DNA from: a virus | Taxonomy: Duplodnaviria > Caudoviricetes | Strand: one strand, 5' to 3' | Length of the DNA stretch: 50,095 nucleotides | IMG/VR virus record: IMGVR_UViG_3300033149_001537 | Span: 1-50,095 of that record | Shown here: positions 17,729 to 28,294 of the stretch, piece by piece | Layout of the letters: each line of letters starts with the position of its first letter | How positions within the stretch are numbered: the first letter of the stretch is position 1 | Notes under the pieces: generated by a model | Told to the model about the DNA's origin: nothing | What the model saw: the letters and a program-made list of their open reading frames with translations, nothing else | The model's database searches: none | Made by a program: the position numbers and the translations under genes

Positions 17729-18156
17729 TTGCGGCGACATATTCTCAATTTAATACAATTTTGATGCAAGTATATAATTGTAAAAATTGTGATAAAAAAT
17801 TAAAAAGATTGAGAGGATGTATAAGGCCGTATAAAAGAAAGGTTATTTGGACAATAGATGAATGTATTTTTTGTGAGGGAAAAAACAAACATTGTCCGTA
17901 TTGCAAGGGCAAAGGTAAGATTCCTGTCCATCAATGTCCTCAGATGGTTGCAAGAAACCCTTACCTTTTGCCCTATTTTAATGCATATAGAAATAGCAAT
18001 TATTTAGCATGGCCTGATGGTAGGGGAAGGTTGTATCAGCCAAAAAAATTAATTCAAGCATTCGATGTGTTAAATTATTATTACAATAAACTTGAAGAAA
18101 AAAAGGTAGCCGAAAATGGCAGCAAAGCTAAAAGTAGAATTAATCTTACTAAATAA
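17719..18156 (+). CDS. tail assembly chaperone extension (gpGT-like), reached by -1 frameshift
   Basis: the -1 frame is open from 17707 through ORF 17761..18156; Cys-rich; WPDGRGRLYQP motif. Confidence 0.7.
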   Translation, partial: KKLIAATYSQFNTILMQVYNCKNCDKKLKRLRGCIRPYKRKVIWTIDECIFCEGKNKHCPYCKGKGKIPVHQCPQMVARNPYLLPYFNAYRNSNYLAWPDGRGRLYQPKKLIQAFDVLNYYYNKLEEKKVAENGSKAKSRINLTK

Positions 18157-20110
18157 ACTCACAAAGCCTTTGGATATGGCAAAAGGCAAAGTAAAAAGGC
18201 TTGGATTTGATTTGCGAAAGACATTTACAAATACCAATACCCTTTTGGGTAAGGCTGTTAGTGGGTTTAGGCGGTTTGGCACTGCTATAGGTGGTTCTGT
18301 TAAAAAAATATTTAACTTGCGTAATGCTATAGTAGCATTAGCTATTGGAGCAGTTATAAAGAAAGTTATTGGTGCCGCTGCAAGTATGGAGGTGTTTGCT
18401 AATCAGCTACTTGTGGTAACTGGTAGCGCGGAAAAGGCTGCTGTTGCATTAGAGGCTATAAGGGAATTTGCTCGTACAAGTCCCTTAGAAACTGAAGATG
18501 TTGTGCAATCTTATGTAAGATTGAGAGCTGTCGGTATTGACCCAACAATGAAACAAATGCGCACTCTTGGCGGTGTGGCAGTTTTAATGAATCGTGAAAT
18601 GACAGAAGTGCTTGATTCATTTATAGGACTGAATAAAAGAACATTAAGGCGATTGGGTATTGATATTGACAGAACAGGACAGAAGGCAATTATTCAATCC
18701 GGTAATGTACGAAAAGTGGTTGAAAAGGATACTGCGTCAATAAGAGGGGCTTTGCTTGAAGTGTGGGAAGAAAGATTCCCTAATGCGATAGAAACGGCTG
18801 CAAATACCACTAAGGCCAAAACCGCAATAATGAAGTCAAATGTTTACGAGCTTTCAGTAGCAGTAGGAGAACATTTGCTGCCAGCGTGGAATGCAATAGT
18901 AAACGCAATATCAAAAGCGTCTGAAAAATTAAAAGATTTTCTCGCTGGAATAAAAAGCGATAAGGAAACCCTAGAAACAAATACAGCCAATGCACAACAG
19001 CTTGAAATAATATCTAAAGCTGCTGCTGAATTAGCAAAAGAATATGATAAAACTAAAAAGAGTTTAGATTCAATTTCTGAAACGAGTGCGGGATTTGTAG
19101 ACACAAGTACGATGCTGCTACTTACTAATGAAGATATTTTTAAGTTGGCACAGAAAGAAGAGAGGCTTTTAAAAGCAATAAGGCAACTAAAAAAGGATTC
19201 TCTTGGATTTGCAAAGAAAGAAAAAGAAGTAAAAGTTGACCCATTGGGTGGAACGGGCACTCTTGGTACTGGTACGGGAAAAGAGACGGGAAAAGGTGCT
19301 GCTAAAAAAGCTATGCAGGATGCTATCAAACAAATTAAATTTGAAGCACAGGCGAGAAAAGAATCTGCTGAAGCAATTGCAGAATTTAATAAATTAGTTG
19401 AAGGAGAGGAAATAAAAAGATTTGAAGCTGAAATTGACCGTTCTGAGAAGCGAATGCAACAAATGAAAGACGAGTATGATTTGGCATGGAGAATTGGTTT
19501 ACAAGGATTACAGGATGATGCTGATGCCAACCAGAAAAAACTTGACTATAATGCACAACTAAAATCATCGGCGCAAGCATTGTTTGCTCATAGCTCGAAC
19601 TTGTTAAAACGTGGAATATCAGAATCTAAAAGAAGTGCAAAAGAAAAGAAAAATATATTATTAGGAATGGCAGTTGCGGAAGCTGCTGCTGCGAGTGTGT
19701 CTGTGATAAAAAAGGCTGTTGAAGGAGGGGGTGGCTTTTTTAGTAGTCTTCTTAAGGCTGCTGCTGGTCTTGTTGCTGTTGCTGCGATGACGGCTGGACA
19801 AATAGCGGCTATAAACAGCGCTTCTTTCGCAAGGGGAACTTCCCGCGCACCAGGAGGTATGGCTTTGGTAGGTGAGGAAGGGCCGGAAATGGTTAATCTT
19901 CCCGGTGGTTCTCAAGTATTTACAGCTCCCCAAACACGTAACATGATAGGTGGTTCTACGATAAGTCCTACTATAATAATAGAAGGGAATGCCACAAAAG
20001 AAACTGTAGGACAATTGAGCAATGTGTTAGATGGTTTTATGCAGAAACTTGAAGATGGTATTAGAAAAGGCAATATAGACCTTGCAAGATTAGGAATTGC
20101 AACAGTATGA
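18116..20110 (+). CDS. tape measure protein
   Basis: helical Ala-rich 664 aa; IREFARTSPLE motif; C-terminal FARG..GG.ALVGEEGPEMV. Confidence 0.9.
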   Translation: MAAKLKVELILLNKLTKPLDMAKGKVKRLGFDLRKTFTNTNTLLGKAVSGFRRFGTAIGGSVKKIFNLRNAIVALAIGAVIKKVIGAAASMEVFANQLLVVTGSAEKAAVALEAIREFARTSPLETEDVVQSYVRLRAVGIDPTMKQMRTLGGVAVLMNREMTEVLDSFIGLNKRTLRRLGIDIDRTGQKAIIQSGNVRKVVEKDTASIRGALLEVWEERFPNAIETAANTTKAKTAIMKSNVYELSVAVGEHLLPAWNAIVNAISKASEKLKDFLAGIKSDKETLETNTANAQQLEIISKAAAELAKEYDKTKKSLDSISETSAGFVDTSTMLLLTNEDIFKLAQKEERLLKAIRQLKKDSLGFAKKEKEVKVDPLGGTGTLGTGTGKETGKGAAKKAMQDAIKQIKFEAQARKESAEAIAEFNKLVEGEEIKRFEAEIDRSEKRMQQMKDEYDLAWRIGLQGLQDDADANQKKLDYNAQLKSSAQALFAHSSNLLKRGISESKRSAKEKKNILLGMAVAEAAAASVSVIKKAVEGGGGFFSSLLKAAAGLVAVAAMTAGQIAAINSASFARGTSRAPGGMALVGEEGPEMVNLPGGSQVFTAPQTRNMIGGSTISPTIIIEGNATKETVGQLSNVLDGFMQKLEDGIRKGNIDLARLGIATV

Positions 20111-20925
20111 TAATATCTGCCAATGATGTCAATTTTACGGTAGATACCCCTCCGTATGGATATGCTACTACTATCAATACCGCATTGATAATATCAAGAA
20201 AACTACCACAGGGATATGTTGTATGGGACAATGGCGTATCAAATGTATCGAGATATTGTCAGGTGAATTGGCTGCTTTCTGCTTCTGATACTGACACGTT
20301 AATAAACATCTTTAATGATACTACTAAGGGGCGTGGAATCAGCTTATATTTTAAATTGGGCAATAATTCCGGTTTTTTCCCTTTTGGCCCGGATTTGGGA
20401 GATTCGGGCGATTTTGGTATAAGATTATTAAGTCTTGATCCGAGTCCCGTTATGGAAGAACCTTGGCTATACTTTAATATAACGGCAAATTTTGTAATGG
20501 AATCAAATCCGGCATACTCTTTGCCTTCACAGATAGGTGAAGGTGACTTGCAAATAGGTGGTGTTGGTAATCTCAGATATCCACCGACTATGCCAAGTTC
20601 TAAAACAGAATATGGTTTTGCCACTCAAGTTACTTATGATGGTACAGCATACACGATTGATAAAACTATTGATGCCGATGAATTAACAACGACTCTTTCT
20701 ATGGTATGTAATCATTCAAAATCTGCTGCTTTGATTAATGATATGATAGTAAACAGAAGAGATAGCCAGGTCACAGTAGTTGGACAGGCTAATAATTATT
20801 TGTTTGGCGAGGAAGGGGGTAATGCCGGAGCATATACATGTTATTGGCTGAATGAATCTTTAAATATCAAACATAACAGGTATGATGAATTTGCATTTGA
20901 TTTAAGTTTTTATTACATTCGATAA
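20107..20925 (+). CDS. putative distal tail protein
   Basis: directly after the tape measure, beta-rich 272 aa. Confidence 0.55.
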   Translation: MIISANDVNFTVDTPPYGYATTINTALIISRKLPQGYVVWDNGVSNVSRYCQVNWLLSASDTDTLINIFNDTTKGRGISLYFKLGNNSGFFPFGPDLGDSGDFGIRLLSLDPSPVMEEPWLYFNITANFVMESNPAYSLPSQIGEGDLQIGGVGNLRYPPTMPSSKTEYGFATQVTYDGTAYTIDKTIDADELTTTLSMVCNHSKSAALINDMIVNRRDSQVTVVGQANNYLFGEEGGNAGAYTCYWLNESLNIKHNRYDEFAFDLSFYYIR

Positions 20926-20936
20926 GTGAGGACAAA

Positions 20937-21254
20937 ATGAAGAAATATTTAATACTTTTATTGGTTTTGGCGGGATGCACTCAGGAATATACATTCCAGG
21001 CATATACAAATAATAAATATGTAAAAGATGAAGATGTTGTAATTAAGGATGAGAATGGTGTTATTGAAACTGGTACTTTGCCAATGGGTTTGAAAGGTGA
21101 AGAGGGTACTGTTTTAATAGCGGAATTTGAAGTACATGTGAGTAATTTTGGTATAAATCATCCTCAATGCAATTGTAAACAAATATCTTATATTTATTAT
21201 AAATGTGCTGAAGAATTTGAAATAAATGGAAAGGATTGGGAAATAGCCAAGTGA
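20937..21254 (+). CDS. lipoprotein
   Basis: MKKYLILLLVLAG-C signal peptide II with lipobox LAGC. Confidence 0.75.
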   Translation: MKKYLILLLVLAGCTQEYTFQAYTNNKYVKDEDVVIKDENGVIETGTLPMGLKGEEGTVLIAEFEVHVSNFGINHPQCNCKQISYIYYKCAEEFEINGKDWEIAK

Positions 21255-24200
21255 GTATTTATATATTCGGCTTTCGTATCTACTTAGATTCAGACCCTAC
21301 TGTGGCAAATGCCTCAGATATTGGTTTATATGATGATGCTGATAATGGTTCAAATCAAGTTTTTAGATTGATAGAAGCTGATATATCTTCTTATTCTCCA
21401 ACATATACATGGAAAACAGGAATATTAAAACCAAAGCCATTTGGTGATTTTCAGGAAAATGTAGATTTTAGCTATGGTGGCAACCTTACTTCTGTTGGTG
21501 GAACGAACATAAATGCTACAAATACATTGATTTATAATAATTCATTTACACAGTTGGATAAGATATTAGATGATAATAACTTGAGATTAAACGGGTTGCG
21601 TGGTGATGTTGTAAGATTTGAGGTTTCGGGTGGTTCTTTAACGGCTGCTGATGGTGATATTGTTTTTCGTGGAATATGCGGGGAACCTTCATGGAACGAG
21701 ACGGTGTTTTCAATTCCTTTAGAGACATCATTATTAAAAAGACGTTCAAATCTTGCTACTGTAATTAATAATGAAGATTATCCTGATGCATCACCTGATA
21801 TAATTGGAAAGATAGTTCCGGTAACATTTGGTGAATTTAAGCCCGAATATGATGTTAATGATAATGTTCTTTGGAATGGATATACTAAATTCGTTAGGGT
21901 AGCTAACAAAGAGTCTATCTATGAAAATTATGCAAAAAGGACACTGAATGAAGATGAAAAAATAACACTTGAATTATTGGCAAGTCCTGAAAGAGTTGTG
22001 GGATTAAAAATATTTCCTGTAGTTGGTGGGGGTGTTGCGTTTGCTGCCGGGGCAGCAGTATTAATGTATAAAATTCAATTAACTCAATGGGGTGTGATTT
22101 GGGAAAAGGATGGAGTGCAAATAACTACAGGGGTACACAGTTTAACTTATTTTGAAAACAAGTATGTGTTTGTTATTGAAGGTATAGGGCAGGGAAAATA
22201 CAGAAAGATAACTTCAGCACAAGTAGATTTGGATTCAAGCCCTTTTATTATAGAATTGACAATAGCAGATTATTTTGAAGAAACATTACACGGAAACGCA
22301 ACTGCTACTGCAACAGATCAGTCATGGATAGAAACAATAGATATAGCACGACAATATCAATCTGATGTATGGCAATGTCATAATTATTTAGATGAGAATG
22401 GTAAAAAAATAACGACAGGAATTAATTTTTATTCTTATGATTCACCACAAAAAGCTAAAGTTACTACTGAAAATACAGATGCAATTATAGAAGAAAAGCC
22501 AACGGGTTTTTACAGGTTGCCTTCTTATGCTTATGAGATTTCTGGAAACATAAATAATAAGGTTACTATAAATGTAAGCTTGTTTAATAATAATCCTGAT
22601 TCTATGAATAGTTTTTTAATCTTTCCAGCAAAAGAACCCGAATTGATTACTACAACAGATGAACTTGTTGATTTTGGTGATTCTACTGCTTGGTTTAAGC
22701 ACGCCGATGGAATATTCAAATTTCCAGAAGTGACAAATTTAACATCTTTTTTAAGTGATTATTTTATTTCTCGATTAATTGATAAAAAACACAACACATT
22801 ATCAAGACTTAGAACACTTGGCCCTGCTGCTTCTATTAGAATATTATTAGCTTTAAAGTTTAAGCTCCCCGATTACCCCAAGGGCTTTGAGCACGATGGC
22901 GTATATGTAGGAATTAGAAATAGAGTAACCGGGTTAGGCATTAATTTTGATGTGGACATTAAATGGTTAAGATTTATGGGAGATGCAACATCAATTGTAA
23001 ATATTGGCAAGAGAACAAACGTGATTGTTGAAGATATATTAGATAGTTATTATTCTTCGAGTTATGATAGTAATAATTTAAGATTTTATTTTGAGTTAGA
23101 TAATGCAACACAATTAACAGGATATACAAATTTTGAAATATCAAACATTGATACCATTGAACAATATAATAGCCTTGAAAAGATAGGGCTTTTTATTACT
23201 AACACATTAGGATTTACGCAGCCACATAATTATAATATTGATTTATACCAATTAGCCATAATGTTTAGAAAAGAAGTTTCTATTAAAGATGCTATTTATT
23301 CGCCATTTCGAGGTAGAATATATGGAGCAAAATGGGGAACGTCTGAAGGTACAAGCTCTTCGAGCAGTTCAAGTTCTTCACAAAGTTCACCGTCCAGCAG
23401 TTTAAGCTCTTCTTCGTCAAGCGATTCGAGCAGTTCAACATCAAATAGTTCCTCATCATCGAGTCAAAGTTCCCCATCATCCTCTTCTTCGAGCAGCGCT
23501 TCTTGTGATATGGGGGTGGGGCGTAAAAATGCATGTGACATGATAAATAATCCTATTGATATTTTAGAGCACACATTAAGATTGCAAGATTGGAGCGAAC
23601 AGGGGGGAGTTAAAAATTGGGGTAAAGAATATGCCAACAATCCTTTAGTTGATGTTTCAACTTCTGAGGGTGGTTTTGATTATGAAGATTTAAATCCACT
23701 AAAAAATCTACAACCAGCGCGACAAATAACAAATAGAAACAATGCTTATACTGATAGTATTTCAAAGTCTTTGTGTAAGGGATATTTTTTATGTAATTAC
23801 CAAAATCCAACAACAGGAAAAGAAAGCATTGCCTATATAGCCGAAAAGTCGCTTTCTGCTCCTGCAACCACAATAACGCTTTCAGATATTTTGCCAGGTA
23901 CTTTAGGTGAGGTTTCTTATCCTAAAATGAAAGGTATTTTTTGTGAGCCTGTTATAAAATATGCAAAGAATCCAGCAACGGGAGAATATGATAAGACTAT
24001 TCAAGTAACTAATTCTGATGCAGCTACATTCGATTCAAGTTATGTGATAGGTCTTTCTGGAACAACGGCAGAGTTAATGTGGCAAAGAGCACATATATTA
24101 AGACAAGCATATAGGCAGGTTGAACCCGCACCTTCTGACATGACAGACCATGATTGGATAGTAACCGAAAATGATGCTGTGTGGTATTTAGATACTTGGT

Positions 24201-24574
24201 ATTCATGGATGGGGGCATTGAATACAGATGGGACAACTTCTGGCATAGAATTTGAACCTAAAAAACGCATATCGTTTTCTGTGAGTTATGAAACCGGGAA
24301 AGATTGGCATCTTGCAAAGCATATTAAATTACAACTTCCCCACCAAACTGATGATAGTGCTATTGAGTGCATAATAGAAAAATTAACAAAGAATATTAAT
24401 AAAGGCAGCGAAAAAGTGACAGCACAGGTTGTATTATATGGTGCTGCTGATGAAATTGCCCTTTATATACAGGACACATGGACACAAGGAACGCTATTGG
24501 CTGATTGGCAGGATGATATGGATACACAGGCAGGCGACCTGACAAATGCAAATGACGTTCAAGATATAACATAA
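21236..24574 (+). CDS. tail tip/hub protein with internal poly-Ser tract
   Basis: 1112 aa, GKIVPVTFG and NPIDILEH motifs; Ser tract ~23354-23503; start may be GTG 21251. Confidence 0.7.
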   Translation: MGNSQVSIYIFGFRIYLDSDPTVANASDIGLYDDADNGSNQVFRLIEADISSYSPTYTWKTGILKPKPFGDFQENVDFSYGGNLTSVGGTNINATNTLIYNNSFTQLDKILDDNNLRLNGLRGDVVRFEVSGGSLTAADGDIVFRGICGEPSWNETVFSIPLETSLLKRRSNLATVINNEDYPDASPDIIGKIVPVTFGEFKPEYDVNDNVLWNGYTKFVRVANKESIYENYAKRTLNEDEKITLELLASPERVVGLKIFPVVGGGVAFAAGAAVLMYKIQLTQWGVIWEKDGVQITTGVHSLTYFENKYVFVIEGIGQGKYRKITSAQVDLDSSPFIIELTIADYFEETLHGNATATATDQSWIETIDIARQYQSDVWQCHNYLDENGKKITTGINFYSYDSPQKAKVTTENTDAIIEEKPTGFYRLPSYAYEISGNINNKVTINVSLFNNNPDSMNSFLIFPAKEPELITTTDELVDFGDSTAWFKHADGIFKFPEVTNLTSFLSDYFISRLIDKKHNTLSRLRTLGPAASIRILLALKFKLPDYPKGFEHDGVYVGIRNRVTGLGINFDVDIKWLRFMGDATSIVNIGKRTNVIVEDILDSYYSSSYDSNNLRFYFELDNATQLTGYTNFEISNIDTIEQYNSLEKIGLFITNTLGFTQPHNYNIDLYQLAIMFRKEVSIKDAIYSPFRGRIYGAKWGTSEGTSSSSSSSSSQSSPSSSLSSSSSSDSSSSTSNSSSSSSQSSPSSSSSSSASCDMGVGRKNACDMINNPIDILEHTLRLQDWSEQGGVKNWGKEYANNPLVDVSTSEGGFDYEDLNPLKNLQPARQITNRNNAYTDSISKSLCKGYFLCNYQNPTTGKESIAYIAEKSLSAPATTITLSDILPGTLGEVSYPKMKGIFCEPVIKYAKNPATGEYDKTIQVTNSDAATFDSSYVIGLSGTTAELMWQRAHILRQAYRQVEPAPSDMTDHDWIVTENDAVWYLDTWYSWMGALNTDGTTSGIEFEPKKRISFSVSYETGKDWHLAKHIKLQLPHQTDDSAIECIIEKLTKNINKGSEKVTAQVVLYGAADEIALYIQDTWTQGTLLADWQDDMDTQAGDLTNANDVQDIT

Positions 24575-24583
24575 GGATATATT

Positions 24584-24790
24584 GTGGAAAAATGTAGTGA
24601 GCATAGCGGGATAAATGCAAGAATTGAAAATTTGGAAAAATATAAAGACGAGTCTAAAAAATCAATTAACAAAGCACATGAAAGGGTGGACGGTATGAAA
24701 AATTGGGTAATAGCAGGAATGACTTCAATGGTTGTTCAATTGTTTGTAATTATTGCCACCATTATTATTGTTTATACTAAAATAAATTAA
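24584..24790 (+). CDS. XhlA-like/holin-like membrane protein
   Basis: N-terminal coiled coil (RIENLEK..KAHERVD) plus C-terminal TM helix. Confidence 0.55.
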   Translation: MEKCSEHSGINARIENLEKYKDESKKSINKAHERVDGMKNWVIAGMTSMVVQLFVIIATIIIVYTKIN

Positions 24791-24811
24791 TTTAATCGAA
24801 AGGAATTTATT

Positions 24812-25339
24812 ATGGCTATGTTTCCTCCTCCTGAAAGCGGGAATTTCTTTACCACAAAGGTATGTTTTGATAATATTAGTGCTACAACTGCCCGAATGGT
24901 GGTGGATTTATCAGATACTACTAATTGGCCTCATATACACACCGGCTGCATATTAGTGTATTATGTTCACCTTGACTTTAACCCTAACGCGACTTTTGTT
25001 GGGGATATTAAGATAGGGTGGCTATCTAGTGTGACTGCTACTTCCGGGACGATAAATGTTTTTCATCATACCCATTATGATTCAGGTGTAACGTCTGGAA
25101 TTGCTACTACGGGTTCGATAGATTTCGGTGGTGATGATAGCTATTTAAAATGCGCTACCGGCAACACTTTTGTTATGGCAGATACGGGTGACACTACATT
25201 TCAAACAGATGCCAATTTAACAGGCCCGGATGAAACGGCAAGCTATCCTTCTGGCAATGGTGACTTGGTGGTAAAGGCAACGAGGTCGGCTGGAAACATT
25301 TCGGCTTCAATTATGGTTTGTTATACAACTATTGCATAA
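24812..25339 (+). CDS. hypothetical, probably virion-associated beta protein
   Basis: Thr/Gly-rich 175 aa with AAAGGA RBS. Confidence 0.55.
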   Translation: MAMFPPPESGNFFTTKVCFDNISATTARMVVDLSDTTNWPHIHTGCILVYYVHLDFNPNATFVGDIKIGWLSSVTATSGTINVFHHTHYDSGVTSGIATTGSIDFGGDDSYLKCATGNTFVMADTGDTTFQTDANLTGPDETASYPSGNGDLVVKATRSAGNISASIMVCYTTIA

Positions 25340-25344
25340 AAGTG

Positions 25345-25373
25345 TTGATATAAAATTGTTTTTAATGTAGATT
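25345..25373 (+). promoter_or_regulatory. sigma70-type promoter of the glycan-modification cluster
   Basis: TTGATA, 17 bp, TAGATT; same AAGTGTTGA context as the 4720 and 34020 promoters. Confidence 0.55.
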
Positions 25374-25388
25374 ATATAATAGAGGACA

Positions 25389-26504
25389 TTGATGCGAAAA
25401 ATCAGTTTAGACATAGGGTTTTCCCCCGGTGATATTGTTGTATTTACCCGCGCTATAAGAGATTTGTGCGTACAGTTTCCTGATTATGATGTAGAAATAA
25501 AAACTTGCTGCCCTGAAATATTCGAGAGCAATCCATACGTTAATAAAAAACCTAAAGTTAAAGAGCCTGAAGTTATTCCATTTGCAGACAATCTTACCAA
25601 TAACGGCTATGATGTTGCAGAAGTAGCTACTAATGCACAGGGCATATTCCACAAATTGATTAAAGAGCATAAATTGGGTGCTTATTTTAAAGATGGAAAT
25701 TGGTATTATCGTAAAGATGATATTGACTTCTTTTACTGCAAGCAGAAAGACCAGCCTGTTTTTGAGAGAGAAACATTTTCTCAAGTACAATATGAAGATA
25801 TTCATAGTTCGGGTTGGAGTGGAAAACATTTTTCAAGTGCATTTTATTCTGATTTAAATCAAAAATTAGGGATTAATATTAATCAGACTTCTTTATTACC
25901 TGATTTACACCTTTCAGAAAAGGAAAAGGGGTGGATTAGTCAGGTAGAGCAGGAATTTAATTATAAAGGAAAGTTTTGGTTAATATGCTCTGGGTATAAG
26001 TCTGACTATCCTCTGAAAGATTGGGGGTGGGAAAACTGGCAAAGGGTGGTATATCTTCTCAGGGATAAAATTCAATTTGTACAGGTTGGACAAACGGGTG
26101 CCGACCACACACACAATATTTTAGAGGGCACTTTAAATCTGTTGGGCAAGACAGACCTTAGACAGCTTATAAGACTCTCATATCATGCACAGGGCGGTTG
26201 TGGACACGTTAGCTTACTCCATCACCTCGTGGCTGCATGGCAGAAGCCTATGGTAACTGTGGCGGGTGGTAGGGAGCCTCGAAGATGGGAGAGTTATCCA
26301 CACATGAAATATATTGATACTAACGGACAATTGCCATGTTGTTCATTTGATGGATGTTGGTTAGATGGAAGAATGAAGGGTGAAGAAAATAAACACTGTA
26401 TAAATTGGGTAGGGAAAAAACCGCGTTGTATGGCAATGATTAAGCCGGAACGGGTGGCGCGGGAAGTATTAAACTATTATATTGGTGGTGTTTTAAAATT
26501 TTAG
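25389..26504 (+). CDS. glycosyltransferase, GT9 (heptosyltransferase-like)
   Basis: SPGDIVVFT, K.W..ENWQ, NLLGKTDLRQLI, HHLVAAWQKP.V motifs. Confidence 0.85.
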   Translation: MMRKISLDIGFSPGDIVVFTRAIRDLCVQFPDYDVEIKTCCPEIFESNPYVNKKPKVKEPEVIPFADNLTNNGYDVAEVATNAQGIFHKLIKEHKLGAYFKDGNWYYRKDDIDFFYCKQKDQPVFERETFSQVQYEDIHSSGWSGKHFSSAFYSDLNQKLGININQTSLLPDLHLSEKEKGWISQVEQEFNYKGKFWLICSGYKSDYPLKDWGWENWQRVVYLLRDKIQFVQVGQTGADHTHNILEGTLNLLGKTDLRQLIRLSYHAQGGCGHVSLLHHLVAAWQKPMVTVAGGREPRRWESYPHMKYIDTNGQLPCCSFDGCWLDGRMKGEENKHCINWVGKKPRCMAMIKPERVAREVLNYYIGGVLKF

Positions 26505-26513
26505 GAGGACGTT

Positions 26514-26747
26514 ATGAGTGGAGTAAACAGTAAGTTAAAAACCGCATTAGATTCACAGAAGTATTTTGTTACTATTAGTCATCGGGACAATAATAATCAA
26601 TTACAGCATTTTTGGGTTACAAAAAACTATCTCAAAGATGATTTAATGCCAACATTGGAGCATTTGAAAAAAGAGATTTATGGTCAAGAAATAAACAGTA
26701 GCGCCCAACAAGTTGAAGAAAGGGCCGGAAAGGCACATGGAGAATAA
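26514..26747 (+). CDS. hypothetical protein
   Basis: AGGAGG RBS, 77 aa. Confidence 0.6.
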   Translation: MSGVNSKLKTALDSQKYFVTISHRDNNNQLQHFWVTKNYLKDDLMPTLEHLKKEIYGQEINSSAQQVEERAGKAHGE

Positions 26748-27375
26748 ACTAGGCACTGTAATAAGCGTTGATGAGCTTATAAAAGCATTACAGCCCTATT
26801 CGGGTGGATGTGCTATCACTCCTTTGGATTTGGAATATGTATGTGATGAAGACACGAAAGAAACCAAAATAAAAATCAAATACTTCAACGACAACCTTAC
26901 GTTAGGACAGGTAAAGTCAATGATGGTAGACCCTTATGATGACTCCGAAAGTGCAGATAATGTGCTGGAAGAATGGGCTGTAGTAGCAAAACAGTATCAC
27001 ATTTCTTACGTTCTTGTGTGTGGGACGTGTCTTGGTCTTTACCGGGATAGCAAATATATTAAAGGCGACAACGATATTGATATTTGTATTAATGTCAAGG
27101 ATTTAGAGCAAACAATTAAAGCATTAAAAGAACGTGGTTTTCGGCTTGGAAGGCGGGGTGGTAGTCAGCATTTCATGAAAAATAATATTTTATTGGACGT
27201 ATGGCTAAAGCCTCGATTTGAACCGCCTTATACTTATGTTGAATACAAAAACAATCTCTATCCAGCACCGCATGATGTTGATAGATATTTAACTACCCTG
27301 TACGGGGATTGGCGTACACCTTCAGGACAATCTGCTAAAGAAGCAGTGTTCGGGGCTTATCGTGAAACAGTTTGA
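26713..27375 (+). CDS. LicD-family nucleotidyl/phosphotransferase
   Basis: GTCLGLYRD..I.GDNDIDI and YLTTLYGDWRTP motifs; start probably ATG 26737. Confidence 0.85.
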   Translation: MKKGPERHMENKLGTVISVDELIKALQPYSGGCAITPLDLEYVCDEDTKETKIKIKYFNDNLTLGQVKSMMVDPYDDSESADNVLEEWAVVAKQYHISYVLVCGTCLGLYRDSKYIKGDNDIDICINVKDLEQTIKALKERGFRLGRRGGSQHFMKNNILLDVWLKPRFEPPYTYVEYKNNLYPAPHDVDRYLTTLYGDWRTPSGQSAKEAVFGAYRETV

Positions 27376-28294
27376 GCCGGGAGTGCATAAGTTAATTCAT
27401 CATTTTGAGCATTTGGATGATATGCGGGAAGGATGTTCATATATAGCGCCTATTCATGTGTCTGTATGGCCCACCCTGAAGTGTCAGTTAAAATGCTCGT
27501 ATTGTTTATGTAGGAACGAAACCGGGGATGAGGAGCTTGATATTGAGCAATTTAAAAAGGCTGTGGATTTTTTAGCTGGTCATGGAACTAAAGCAATTGA
27601 ATGGTCTGGCGGGGGAGAGCCTTTGCTGTGGCAACATTTTGAAGAAGCGGTTAAGTATGTATTCAGTCAGAATATTAAAATGTCTCTTATCACTAACGGG
27701 CTGGAACTCAATAATCTCAGAGAGACACTTCTTATATATTTTGAGTGGATAAGAATAAGCGTTGTTTCAATGAAGCAGATAGAGGGTATTGATATTGAAC
27801 GGATAAAGAAGCATACGCGGGTGTCGCTTTCTCATATAATTCCAAGGAAACTTTATAGTAGTATTTTTGATATGTTAGATGAATTGCATGAATATTCAAA
27901 AACACACAATCTTATAACCCGAATAGCAATATCCCGACCGTCTGGGACAGAAAGCGAAAACGGGGTTGCTCTTAAAGTAAGCGAATATGGTGATCCGTTC
28001 TTTATGTCACACAAAGAGCCGGGAGAGCCAAAAGGCTGTTACATGGCATGGATAAGGGCGGCGATTGATTGGCGGGGAAATTTTCTACCCTGTCCGGCTG
28101 TAGAGTTGTCAGAAGAATCAGAAGGGTATATCCCTGATAAGTTTAAGCTATGCCATATAAGTGAGCTTGAAAAGTGGCTTTCCAGTGGTGCACATGATTT
28201 AGGTTTTCGGTGTTCATTCTGTAATTGTGGCAAAGAGATTAATGATTTTGTACATGAATTATTTACCGAAATTGAGGATGTGGATTTTGTCTAA
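27362..28294 (+). CDS. radical SAM protein with C-terminal SPASM/twitch-like cysteines
   Basis: CQLKCSYC, SGGGEP, LITNG; C-terminal C..CP..CSFCNC. Confidence 0.9.
   Translation: MKQFEPGVHKLIHHFEHLDDMREGCSYIAPIHVSVWPTLKCQLKCSYCLCRNETGDEELDIEQFKKAVDFLAGHGTKAIEWSGGGEPLLWQHFEEAVKYVFSQNIKMSLITNGLELNNLRETLLIYFEWIRISVVSMKQIEGIDIERIKKHTRVSLSHIIPRKLYSSIFDMLDELHEYSKTHNLITRIAISRPSGTESENGVALKVSEYGDPFFMSHKEPGEPKGCYMAWIRAAIDWRGNFLPCPAVELSEESEGYIPDKFKLCHISELEKWLSSGAHDLGFRCSFCNCGKEINDFVHELFTEIEDVDFV

Noticed and set aside
18844-19530. 228-aa antisense ORF in the tape measure gene
   Set aside because: Fully nested antisense to a well-supported gene, with no motif.
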